Of a stretch of 64,000 bases of DNA, positions 8,831 to 17,897 are shown piece by piece. Within the stretch, counting starts at the first letter, position 1; every line of letters starts with the position of its first letter. The stretch is from an uncultured Verrucomicrobiae bacterium (GTDB lineage Bacteria; Verrucomicrobiota; Verrucomicrobiia; Chthoniobacterales; JAATET01). The notes under the pieces were generated by a model. It did no database searches and was not told where the DNA came from. It saw nothing but the letters and a program-made list of their open reading frames with translations. The position numbers and the translations under genes were made by a program. Location of the stretch: positions 32,001-96,000 of the forward strand of contig CAVRCI010000007.1 of NCBI GenBank assembly GCA_963719495.1, in the 5' to 3' direction.

Positions 8831-8956
8831 CCCTAACAAGGCGCTGCAGCCAACCCCTATCCGCTTCGCTCCTGGGGTTGCGCGGACCTTCTACCGGCAG
8901 TTGATCACCAGTTGCATCCGGTCGCCCGTTCAGGGTGGCTGAGCTTGACGTTAGCT
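8831..8956 (+). other. attC site 6 (126 bp)
   Basis: CCCTAAC AAGGC GCTGCAGCC ... GGGTGGCTGAGC TTGAC GTTAGCT. Confidence 0.9.
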
Positions 8957-8989
8957 TTTAATACAGAAATACAACACGATACACACAAC

Positions 8990-9460
8990 ATGAAATCGAC
9001 CATCGTAACCTCAGCCATCGCCCTAATCTCTGTATTGCACGTCTACGGAGATTCTTCTGTATCGCCCATCGCGACACTCCCCTCAGGCACGGTGACCATC
9101 AACCAACAGTCGGGTGAAGCAAAACTGTCTATAAATGTATCCGGGCCACCAATCTCAGATTTCTTCGGGACCACAGTATTTTGGAGGGCTGTTCCTGGAA
9201 CTGCAGAGTGGGTTCGCGATTTCGATTCATTGACCGGATCAGTAAAGTTCCTCACGGGTGAGACAACTAAAGACTTAATTATCGGAATACCCGTTTCACC
9301 ACCATTTGCAGGAACACGAACGTTTTCGGTAAGACTTGAGAATAGATCGGATTATTCAGTCGGCACACCAAGCTCATCAACTGTTCAGATAATCGGCGCA
9401 ACCAGCCAAGCCCCTCAACCGGGACCAACGATCACCGTTCGTAGCAAGGAGTTACGTTGA
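8990..9460 (+). CDS. Cassette 7: secreted Calx-beta domain protein, probably truncated; no attC follows
   Basis: Signal peptide MKSTIVTSAIALISVLHVYG; Calx-beta-like GTA...DF...GSVKFLTGETTK...TFSVRLEN...VGTPSSSTVQI; stop 18 bp before the IS. Confidence 0.7.
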   Translation: MKSTIVTSAIALISVLHVYGDSSVSPIATLPSGTVTINQQSGEAKLSINVSGPPISDFFGTTVFWRAVPGTAEWVRDFDSLTGSVKFLTGETTKDLIIGIPVSPPFAGTRTFSVRLENRSDYSVGTPSSSTVQIIGATSQAPQPGPTITVRSKELR

Positions 9461-9478
9461 ATTGAAGGGGTCAGTCCG

Positions 9479-11033
9479 GAATGGCACTGCTTTAAGCCAG
9501 TTTTCGGGGAGAAAGATGGAGGGAGATCCGCTGATTTGGTAGATTAAAGTGTGAGCAGCAACCAACCATTTCTCAGCGGATTCCCAACTCAAATATGTGG
9601 CAAAATGCGGCGGCGTCTGCAAGCGGTCATCGCGGAGCGACGGAGCGCATTGGCAGAGTCATCCATAGCGACCTACGCGCTGCAGTTTTCCCACATCCTG
9701 CCGGCCGATTTTTTGGAGTCACTCTCGCTCACGCAACGGGTTCGGCAGTATTGCAATGTGGTCGTCTTCTGGGTGTGGCTGGCTCAGATTTTAGAGGCCA
9801 ATGCGTCGCTCTCCAAAGCGGTGAGTCTGGTCCAATGCTGGTGCGGCGAGGCGGGTCTGCCAGTTCCCAGTGGGGATACCGGAGCCTTCAGTCGGGGTCG
9901 GGGACGACTCGGAGAGGCGTTTCTGGCCGGGGCGAGCCAACGCGTGCGCACTCATCTGGGAGCCCGGATCAGGCCCGAGGATACTTACAAAGGACACGTG
10001 GTCAAATCCATCGACGGCAGCTCGTTGACTCTGGATGACACAGCGTCCAATCAGGAGCAATATCCGCAACCCACGAGCCAGAAAGCGGGTTGCGGCTTCC
10101 CGGTCATGGGCATCATGGGCGTGCTCAACCACGCCCATGGCGGATGGGAGGATTTCGTTGAAGGGCTGCAGAGCGCGCACGATGCACCGATCTTTCACAA
10201 GCTCATGCACTGCTTCGAACCCGGGGATTTACTTTGCGGTGATCGCGCTTTCTGCACCTACGAGTTGATGTCCACTCTGGACCAAAGGCAGGTCCATACG
10301 CTCATGCGTTTGCACCAATCCCGGCACCGCGTCCTGAACTGGAGCCGTGGCAAAAAGCTCGGCAAGCACCAACGCCTGGTTACTTGGAAGAAGCCCGCTA
10401 AACGCCCCGTGGGCAGCACCTTGAATGATTTGGAATGGGCGGCACTACCCGAAGAACTCCAAATCCGTCTCATTCGCTTTGAATACAAGGATCGCGCCGG
10501 GAGCAAACGCCGCATGGTCCTGGCCACGACCATGACTGACTCCCTTCGATACGACTGGCGCGAACTGGCCGCCATCTACGCCCAGCGCTGGGACATCGAA
10601 CTACGTCTGAGGGACGTGAAAACCACCCTCGCCATGGATCACCTGCGCGTCAAAACGCCCGCGACCGCCCGCAAGACTCTCACGATGAGTTTGATCGCCT
10701 ACAACCTTCTCAAGGCCACCAGCCAGCAAGCCGCGCACAGCACCGGGCAGGACCTCCGACTCATGAGTTTCAAAGCCACTCTGGACACCATCGTCGCCAA
10801 CACCGCTCGCTACCTCCGCCGTCAAAAACACGCCCGCCTCATCAAGGAAATCTGGACCGACACCATCGAAATGATCGCCGCAAAAATCATCGATCTCCGC
10901 CCCGGCAGGCACGAACCTCGTGCCCAGAAGAAGCGACCTAAAAACTTCAGTTATCTCACCGCTCCTCGCGCTCTCTACCAAGAAATCCCTCACCGCGGCA
11001 AATCCCGATCCTTCGCTTAATGCAGTGCCATTC
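9479..11033 (+). mobile_element. IS4-family insertion sequence
   Basis: Ends GAATGGCACTGCTTTAAGC / GCTTAATGCAGTGCCATTC; 11-bp direct repeat GGGTCAGTCCG at 9468-9478 and 11034-11044. Confidence 0.9.
9551..11020 (+). CDS. IS4-family DDE transposase
   Basis: IDGS, GDRAF, YAQRWDIELRLRDVK (YREK-type), RPGRHEPRAQKKRPK. Confidence 0.92.
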   Translation: MSSNQPFLSGFPTQICGKMRRRLQAVIAERRSALAESSIATYALQFSHILPADFLESLSLTQRVRQYCNVVVFWVWLAQILEANASLSKAVSLVQCWCGEAGLPVPSGDTGAFSRGRGRLGEAFLAGASQRVRTHLGARIRPEDTYKGHVVKSIDGSSLTLDDTASNQEQYPQPTSQKAGCGFPVMGIMGVLNHAHGGWEDFVEGLQSAHDAPIFHKLMHCFEPGDLLCGDRAFCTYELMSTLDQRQVHTLMRLHQSRHRVLNWSRGKKLGKHQRLVTWKKPAKRPVGSTLNDLEWAALPEELQIRLIRFEYKDRAGSKRRMVLATTMTDSLRYDWRELAAIYAQRWDIELRLRDVKTTLAMDHLRVKTPATARKTLTMSLIAYNLLKATSQQAAHSTGQDLRLMSFKATLDTIVANTARYLRRQKHARLIKEIWTDTIEMIAAKIIDLRPGRHEPRAQKKRPKNFSYLTAPRALYQEIPHRGKSRSFA

Positions 11034-11095
11034 GGGTCAGTCCGTTCATTGGTTCAGAATCGCCCGCCCAAATACAAGTTGAAGGGGTCAGTCCG

Positions 11096-11360
11096 GAATG
11101 GCGCTGCTTTAAGCGAATTTTCGGTGAAGAGGGCAAGGCGGTGAGGACGGCTTGGAGGCCGTCCCGCGCGAGACCATTGGCAACCCGGGTCTTTTCGATC
11201 AACGCTGGCGGTGTTGGTGGGGTGAGCGCGAAGTTGTCGCGGCGCGTCTGTGACCGCCGCGAACCATCTCGCTGAGTTTGCGCACCCGAGTCTGACGGCT
11301 CCGGCGGTCACAGACCGCCGCTACAGCCCTGCCGACGATCCGCTTAAAACAGTGCCATTC
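11096..11360. mobile_element. MITE (265 bp) with IS4-type ends, carrying a REP pair
   Basis: Ends GAATGGCGCTGCTTTAAGCG / CGCTTAAAACAGTGCCATTC; same 11-bp flank at 11085-11095 and 11361-11371; internal GTCTGTGACCGCCG / CGGCGGTCACAGAC. Confidence 0.85.
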
Positions 11361-11475
11361 GGGTCAGTCCGTTCATTGGTTCAGAATCGCCCGCCCAAAT
11401 GACCCTGAGATTCCGTAAAAACGTCTTCTGAACCAATGCACGGACTGACCCGAATGGCGTTGACCCGAATGGCGT

Positions 11476-11750
11476 TACAGCTCTGTCTTGCTGCGCCACG
11501 CTGGACGAGTTCCTCGCGGATCTGGACGACGGTCCGCAGGAGGTCTACGTGCGGAAACCGTCGGTGCCCGTGATCTACGACCCCTATTAGAATCAGGCGA
11601 AAATCTACCGCCGACCCCGGTATTACGAAGAGACGGCGAGAAAAAAAGGGCGACAAGGTGACGAAGACCTGGACGATCAAGAACGAATACGGTCGGACGG
11701 TCTACAAGGAGAAGACGACCGAAACCAAAAAGAAGAAAAAGAAGAAATGA
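11476..11750 (+). pseudogene. Degraded small protein gene (5'-truncated, internal stop, frameshift)
   Basis: ...CCATLDEFLADLDDGPQEVYVRKP...DPY*NQAK...RKKG, then in a shifted frame DKVTKTWTIKNEYGRTVYKEKTTETKKKKKKK*. Confidence 0.5.
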
Positions 11751-12026
11751 GCCTCTCGAAACCACTTCTTTTTCTCAGCCTGCTCGGCCTCGGAAGCGCC
11801 GTGGCATCGGACCTTGATTTCACGCTCGTGAATGGGACCGGCCGTAGCTTCGAGGCCGTCTACCTCTCCGCTTCCGACGACGCGGACCGGGATGGCAATC
11901 TCCTCACCGACGGCAGCGTCCTCGCCGTGGACGGCGAACTCGTGGTGACGTTCCCCGAATCGTCGAGATCGGCGGCAACCTAAGATCTGAAAGTGGTGGA
12001 TTCCGATGGCGTCGCCGTGACCTTCT
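11747..12026 (+). pseudogene. Small secreted protein pseudogene
   Basis: Signal peptide, DFTLVNGTG..EAVYLS; in-frame TAA at 11981-11983 followed by DLKVVDSDG; cut by the repeat at 12027. Confidence 0.6.
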
Positions 12027-12098
12027 CAATCCGATGCAAGTCGCTCATTTTCAATTCTCAACTCCCAACTCTCAACGATCCACTTTCCCTTTCAGGTT
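12027..12098. repeat. 72-bp copy of the right part of the element at 4348-4419
   Basis: Manual alignment: 6 mismatches in 72 nt, same orientation. Confidence 0.85.
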
Positions 12099-12107
12099 AA
12101 AACGAAG

Positions 12108-12647
12108 ATGACCACTCCGGGAAAAGTCATGGTGATGCCCGACAAGGGGAAGCGTGATCCGCGCTTGGTCACGATCCGACGTGGCGGCGTGCTCGTTGAT
12201 TCCGATCATCGTCTTCTCGCCGTCTGGGCGGCGGATTGTGCCGCGCATGTCCTCCACCATTTCGAGGATCGGCATCCCCGGGATTCCCGTCCACGAGAGG
12301 CAATTCATCAAGCGCGTGCCTGGGCACGCGGCGAGATCAGCATGACTCGGGCGCGCACCGCTGCCTTCGCCGCTCACGCCGCGGCGCGGGACGCCTCCGG
12401 GGCGGCGAAGGAAGCCGCTCGAGCTGCTGGCCACGCGGTGGCGGTCGCCCACATGGCCGATCACGAACTCGGCGCCTCAGCCTACGCGATCCGGGCGGCG
12501 CGGGCCGCAGTCGGATCAGACTTGGAGACGGAAGTTGGCCGGGAGGAGTGTCGTTGGCAGCGGGCTCAGCTCCCGGTCGCGATTCGCGATCTCGTTTTGG
12601 ACGATCAGCGACTCCGGAATGCCAAGTGTTGGTCTCTCTTCGACCAA
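12108..12647 (+). CDS. Imm5-like (putative immunity) protein; no stop, reads in frame into the next gene
   Basis: RDPRLVTIRRGG...WAADCAAHVL...RPREAI...ARAAGHAVAVAHMADHELG...WQRAQLP...CWSLFD. Confidence 0.7.
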
Positions 12648-12749
12648 GCCGAACCAGCTGTCCCTCCGGAAGCCTGCCCCGACGCCGCGGTCCCGACACT
12701 CGATATTCCTTTCTGCCTGGGCCCGATTTCGGGCAGTCTCCTTTCCAAT

Positions 12750-13976
12750 ATGGCAAACGCAATGGTTATCGGCATCGGCGGAGTCGGCTCCGTCATCGGC
12801 CAGAAACTCCACGAATACGACTGCTTTGACCGGATTGTCCTCGCCGACATGGACCCAACGTTCGCGAAGCAACTCGCCGCCCGCACGCCGAACAATCGCT
12901 TCACCGTCGTCGCCGCCAACGCGATGGATACCGCGCGCCTGACCGCACTCATGCAGGAGCACTCGATCGACGTGACGTGCAACGCCTGCGTCTGCCAGAC
13001 GAACTACTCCGTGATGGAAGCTTGTCTGCGCGCCGGTTCCCACTACCTCGACATGGCCGCCGACATCTACTCGGCCCCCGGCGTCAAGCGCGCGGGCAAG
13101 AATTCCTTCGAAGCCGAGATCGAGATGTTCAACCAGTCCTACCTCGACAAGGGACTGGCCGGCATCCTCTGCATGGGCATGGACCCGGGCGCCGTCAACG
13201 TCTTCGCTCGCTGGGCGATGGACCGGCTCGACACCGCCAGCTCGATCCGCGTCCTCGACGCCGATAACGCCGAAGTCCGCGGCTACCGGTTTGCCGTTCT
13301 TTTCTCGCCCGAAACCTTCTTCGAAGAGCTCGGCGCCGTCCCGTATTTCGTCCGCGACGGTCGAGTCGTCTCCGGCCGTCCGCTCGAGACCGAGGTCGAG
13401 TGGGTCCGATTCCCGGATCCCATCGGGTTGCAGAAAACCTACGCGGTCGCTCACGAGGAAGGCGTCTCGCTCGGCATCTACCCGCCCTTCGTCGAAAAGG
13501 GCGTCCGCTACTCGGTCTTCAAGTATTCCGTCCCCGACAAGGTTGTGAACATCTCGAAAAGCCTCGCGCTCCTCAACCTCGACACTTGGAAAAAGATCAA
13601 AGTCGATGGAGTCGAAGTCTCGCCCGTCCGCGTCGCGTCCGCGAGCCTGCCCAAACCCGCCGCCCTCGGCGCGACTGTCGACGGCTACTCCTGCGTCGGC
13701 ACCGAGGTCCGCGGCACGAAGGACCGCAAACGCGTGGAATACTTCGTTTATTCGATGGATTCCCACCGCGAGACCTACGAAAAATACGGCTACAGCCTCA
13801 CGCTCGTCCAGACCGGCATCCCCCCCGCCCTCACCGCCCGACTCCTCGTCGAAGGCAAAATCCCCGAGCGCGGTGTCATGATGCCCGAGCACATGAACCC
13901 CGACGCCCTCATGGAAGCCTTCCCTCGCGAAGGCCTTCCCATCTTCGTGGAAAAGCGCGAGGTCGAGCGGCTCTAA
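12750..13976 (+). CDS. Saccharopine dehydrogenase family protein (carboxynorspermidine dehydrogenase-like)
   Basis: Rossmann VIGIGGVG, HYLDMA, GMDPGAVNVF, FSPE, HEE, QTGIPP. Confidence 0.85.
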   Translation: MANAMVIGIGGVGSVIGQKLHEYDCFDRIVLADMDPTFAKQLAARTPNNRFTVVAANAMDTARLTALMQEHSIDVTCNACVCQTNYSVMEACLRAGSHYLDMAADIYSAPGVKRAGKNSFEAEIEMFNQSYLDKGLAGILCMGMDPGAVNVFARWAMDRLDTASSIRVLDADNAEVRGYRFAVLFSPETFFEELGAVPYFVRDGRVVSGRPLETEVEWVRFPDPIGLQKTYAVAHEEGVSLGIYPPFVEKGVRYSVFKYSVPDKVVNISKSLALLNLDTWKKIKVDGVEVSPVRVASASLPKPAALGATVDGYSCVGTEVRGTKDRKRVEYFVYSMDSHRETYEKYGYSLTLVQTGIPPALTARLLVEGKIPERGVMMPEHMNPDALMEAFPREGLPIFVEKREVERL

Positions 13977-14031
13977 AATTCCTCGCAGAAACGGCTTGGC
14001 TTTCCCGGCACCGTGGCGAATCTCCAACACG

Positions 14032-14149
14032 GCTTCCGAGCAGCCAACGGTCCGCGTAAAGGGTCCAACCCACTCGTGCCCATTCCACCCAAGTCGACCT
14101 GACTTCCCAGCCCGTCTCGCGGACGCCGGGCGCAACCGGAAGCAAGGTT
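14032..14149 (+). promoter_or_regulatory. Putative structured 5' leader RNA
   Basis: Nested pairings GCTTCCG 14032-14038 / CGGAAGC 14137-14143 and GTCCGCG 14050-14056 / CGCGGAC 14118-14124, closing just before AAGGTT-ATG. Confidence 0.5.
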
Positions 14150-17100
14150 ATGTCCAAAATTCAGCCGACCCGGGCGATCCGTCGCTCGCTCCCCACCCGT
14201 CCGAATCTCGATCATCTTCGCGCGGCCGCCAAACGCCAACTGCGCGACCTGCGCGCCGAGAACCCCGACGCCAAGCTCTACGACGCGCAGCTCCGGCTCG
14301 CCCGCGAATACGGATTCCCCAGCTGGCGAGCGCTCAAAGCCTACGTTGAAGCCGTCGTCGCCCCGGCCACCGATTGGAAGGACCATCCCAACTCGCTCCC
14401 CGACGCGGCGGATCGCAACAATATCCAGCTGGTCCGGACGCTGCTCCAAGCCCAGACCTCGCGGGATATCACCCAACTCGATCTGGATCTCGCCCTCGCT
14501 CGCGGTCTTTGCGGTCAAGGCGATGGATCCACCCGCGAACTTCGACTGGCCATCGCCGATCTCCTGATCGAAGCCGGCGCGAATCCCAACGGCCAATACG
14601 GCGGCGACTACGGCCCCATCGTCTTTGCGATTTGTGAAGGGCTGGACGCCGACGCGTTGGAATACCTGATCGACCGCGGTGCCGACGTCAGCTTCGGACC
14701 GATCGACACCCAATACGGTCCGCAAACGCCCCTGTCCCACACCTTCACTTACGTGCGCGGGCGCAACGCCGCCAAGCACCGCTGCGTGGAGCTTTTGGTG
14801 CAAAATGGAGCCATTTACGAAGACACCCCGGCGTTTCAGATTCATCGAGGCGACGCCCAGGCGCTGCTCGCCAGTGTCCGCGAGGATCCGGCATTATTGA
14901 GTCGGCGTTTTCCGGAGTGGGATCAGATCGGAAATCTGGCGCTCGAGGGAGCCACGCTGCTCCATTTCGCGGTGGAATTCGGAGAAACGGAATGCGTCGA
15001 GGTGCTTCTCGACGCGGGCGCGGACATCAATGCCCGGGCCGAAGTGATCGATGGGACGGGTGGGCAGACCCCCGTTTTCCACGCCATTCAGTCCTGGCGA
15101 TCCGCGCACTTCGCGCTGCTCAAACGTCTCGTCCAGCGGCAAGGGGCCAGGATCGATTGGCAAGCTCGGGCCACCCTCCGCCTGTTTGGCCAGAAGCAGG
15201 ATGGACCCGTCACCGCCCTCGAGTTCGCTGCGGAGAACGAACGGGAACGCCGGATGCTTCGCGGCCTGGGAGTGCCGGTGCCGGGCGGGAAGCCGCCTCG
15301 CGAATGGCCACCCGACTTGCTGAGGACGTTCCGCGAAGCCATCAGCCATGGAAGCGGCGACCCGCGAACGACGCACCGCTTGCTGAACGAGAACCACGAA
15401 CTCGCCAACTGCCAACCGTGGGCACCGGACGGGACCGCGACCGCCATCGAAGCGGTGGCAAACCGCTGCGTCTGGCATCGACCGCTCCTGCCGGAGATCG
15501 CTCGCTTGCTGGTCGCCTACGGAGCCGTCGCCGATCTGCCCACCCTGGCGCGCGGCGGATTGCTCGCGGAAGTCCGACGACGCCTCGGTGAGGAACCGGA
15601 GGCGCTCGACCAGCCCGATTCCCGGCACCGGACCCCGCTCTACCGGGCAGCTTGTGTCTATGGCGCATTTCCCGAGGGCGAAGCGGTGGCCGATGACTTG
15701 ATCCGCCGGGGGGCGCGCATCGACATCTGGACCGCCTGCACATTCGGCCTACTGGACCACGTGCGGGATTTGTTGGCGAAGGATCCCGCGCTTGCGAATG
15801 CCCCCGATCCCGAAGGCATCCGCCCCCTGCATTGGGCCTGCCGCAATCGACGGAACCCCCAATCCGAAGTCGCCGTCGTTCGGATGCTCTGCGCGGCGGG
15901 AGCGGACGTCTCCGCCACCAATCCCAGTGAGGACGGAATGCAGCCGCTCCATCACTGCGGCGAATGGATGGCCCAGGTCAGTTCGGCCGAGGTGTTGCTG
16001 GAGTTTGGTGCCGGGATCGATGCCATCGCGCCGGGCAGCGGCTTCACGCCGCTCGACTACTCGATCGACCGCGGACGTCATGCGATGATCGCCTTTCTTT
16101 CGAAACGCGGAGCGAAGCGCGCCCCGGGACACGACGATGGCCCCCGGCAATTTCTGCAAATCGTGAGCGTAGGCCACGTCCAAGCGGCGAAAACGAGACT
16201 GAAGGAACGCCCCACTCTGGTGAACGTGCCGGGACCGCACCCGCTGTGGGGCGGTCGCCCCCAACCCCTGCACGTGGCGGTCGAATCCGGTCACGCCGGA
16301 CTCGTCGATCTCCTCCTGGCCGAAGGGGCCGACGTGAACGGGGACGGCGCCGAATACGACGGCTGGACGCCGCTTCTGCTGGCCTGCCACCACTCCCGCC
16401 GCGAGTTGACCGCCAAGTTCCTCGAACTCGGAGCTCGGGTCGACCTCCCGGCTGCCCTGTTGCTCGAGGATGACGCGACGCTCGACGCCATTCTGGCGGA
16501 CGACCCGGATAGCATCCATCGGCCCATGCCCAGCTTGGCGTCGCCCCTGCGATTTGCCCGGACGTTGCCCGCCGCGCAGCGGCTTTTCGAGCTGGGCGTT
16601 TCCACGACGCACGTCGACCGTTACGGCAAACCGCCAATCCAAAGCGTCGCCACGGCGGGTCCGGCGTATTTTCCCGTCGTGAGATTTCTTCTCGATCACG
16701 GGGCTGAAGCCGCCCCGGAAATCCTCGCTTCCATCGGGCGGGTGCGGGAATTGGCGGCGTCGGTCCAAAACGATCCGGAAATTCTCCACGACCCGCGGAT
16801 CGCCGTCGCCGCCATCCAGAATGGCCAAGTCGCGGTCTTGCGCTGGCTGCTCGACGCGGGTTTGCCACCGGAGACCCGGGAGCAAACTGGATCTCAGGCG
16901 ACCCTCCTGCACGCGGCAGCGTGGAACGGTCAGCTCGAGTGCGCCACGTGCCTCGTCGAACGTGGGGCCGACCCGGAAGCCATCGACCATGAATACGGGA
17001 CCACACCGGAAGCCTGGGCGCGGACGGCATCCGAACGACTGGGTCGAGCAACCTGTCGAGAGGTTGCGGATTATTTGAGGCCCGCGGATGCCGACCTCAC

Positions 17101-17155
17101 GGCCTCACCGATCATCGCTTCGCCCAGAGAAGCAATCGATGCCACGACCACGTGA
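14150..17155 (+). CDS. Large ankyrin-repeat protein (1001 aa)
   Basis: Many G-x-T/P-L-H-x-A repeats; N-terminal LPTRPNLDHLR..AK..L..AQLRLAREYGFPSW module. Confidence 0.9.
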   Translation: MSKIQPTRAIRRSLPTRPNLDHLRAAAKRQLRDLRAENPDAKLYDAQLRLAREYGFPSWRALKAYVEAVVAPATDWKDHPNSLPDAADRNNIQLVRTLLQAQTSRDITQLDLDLALARGLCGQGDGSTRELRLAIADLLIEAGANPNGQYGGDYGPIVFAICEGLDADALEYLIDRGADVSFGPIDTQYGPQTPLSHTFTYVRGRNAAKHRCVELLVQNGAIYEDTPAFQIHRGDAQALLASVREDPALLSRRFPEWDQIGNLALEGATLLHFAVEFGETECVEVLLDAGADINARAEVIDGTGGQTPVFHAIQSWRSAHFALLKRLVQRQGARIDWQARATLRLFGQKQDGPVTALEFAAENERERRMLRGLGVPVPGGKPPREWPPDLLRTFREAISHGSGDPRTTHRLLNENHELANCQPWAPDGTATAIEAVANRCVWHRPLLPEIARLLVAYGAVADLPTLARGGLLAEVRRRLGEEPEALDQPDSRHRTPLYRAACVYGAFPEGEAVADDLIRRGARIDIWTACTFGLLDHVRDLLAKDPALANAPDPEGIRPLHWACRNRRNPQSEVAVVRMLCAAGADVSATNPSEDGMQPLHHCGEWMAQVSSAEVLLEFGAGIDAIAPGSGFTPLDYSIDRGRHAMIAFLSKRGAKRAPGHDDGPRQFLQIVSVGHVQAAKTRLKERPTLVNVPGPHPLWGGRPQPLHVAVESGHAGLVDLLLAEGADVNGDGAEYDGWTPLLLACHHSRRELTAKFLELGARVDLPAALLLEDDATLDAILADDPDSIHRPMPSLASPLRFARTLPAAQRLFELGVSTTHVDRYGKPPIQSVATAGPAYFPVVRFLLDHGAEAAPEILASIGRVRELAASVQNDPEILHDPRIAVAAIQNGQVAVLRWLLDAGLPPETREQTGSQATLLHAAAWNGQLECATCLVERGADPEAIDHEYGTTPEAWARTASERLGRATCREVADYLRPADADLTASPIIASPREAIDATTT

Positions 17156-17897
17156 CTTTGCCTACGCCGTCCGTCCGAAGCTCGAACTCCAACTTCGCCG
17201 AATCCGGTGCCTCCACGATGAGCGCGCGCACCGCCGAGCGATTCTCCGGCGACGTCGCAGCCGTCTCGAAATACCACTCCAGATCCGGCTGATGCAGACA
17301 GCCGATCTCGCATCGCTCGACCTTCAGTCCAGCCGCTCCGCAAAAGCCGCGCCACTCCGCCGGTGGCATCAGTCTCCCGTGGCTCGGGTCGCGGAGCTTC
17401 TCGACGGCGTTCATCCAATCCGCGGCGACCGCGTCGTTGTCCGGCACGGTCCCGTCGATCACAAGCAGCCAACCGTCCGGTCGCAGCACCCGCGCCGCCT
17501 CACGGACGAACGCCGCCGGATCGCTGAAGTGATGCGCCGCCGTCCGGCAAGTCACGACCGAGAACAGCGCGTCCGGATAGGGCAATTCCTCGGCCGCGTG
17601 CCGCTCCGTGCGGCAGGTGAAGCCCTCGCCTTCCAGCAATCCGAGCGTGTTTTCCAGCATCCGCTCGGAGACGTCGGTCGCGATCACGTCGAACCCACGC
17701 CGCGCCAACCAAAGCGCCGTGTGCCCGCCGCCGGTCGCCACGTCCAACGCCCGCGTACCCCGACCAATTGGAAAATCCGTCCCGGCCACCGCCGCGTCGA
17801 GGTCGCTCACGTCGGCGAGCACGTGCGACTTCCCGTAGCGGTCGCTTTGTCGATCGAACTGCTCCCGCGACGCTTCCTGTGCCGCGTCCAAACTCAC
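17112..17897 (-). CDS. Class I SAM-dependent methyltransferase
   Basis: ALDVATGGGH, AEELPYPD, AAHHFSD, RVLRPDG; GTG start overlaps the upstream stop. Confidence 0.85.
   Translation of the reverse strand: MSLDAAQEASREQFDRQSDRYGKSHVLADVSDLDAAVAGTDFPIGRGTRALDVATGGGHTALWLARRGFDVIATDVSERMLENTLGLLEGEGFTCRTERHAAEELPYPDALFSVVTCRTAAHHFSDPAAFVREAARVLRPDGWLLVIDGTVPDNDAVAADWMNAVEKLRDPSHGRLMPPAEWRGFCGAAGLKVERCEIGCLHQPDLEWYFETAATSPENRSAVRALIVEAPDSAKLEFELRTDGVGKVTWSWHRLLLWAKR

Larger units (their letters stand above)
5564..9460 (+). mobile_element. Integron-type gene cassette array without a neighbouring integrase (CALIN-like), 7 cassettes
   Basis: Six co-oriented attC sites; each cassette's leading core complements its own R'' box; visibly lower GC than the flanks. 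Confidence 0.9.

Noticed and set aside
6058..8956. CRISPR array interpretation of the recurring AACAAGGCGCTGCAGCCAACCCCT repeat
   Set aside because: Spacing is hundreds of bp and irregular, repeats come as paired arms of imperfect palindromes with AAC/GTT cores, and there are no cas genes; fits attC
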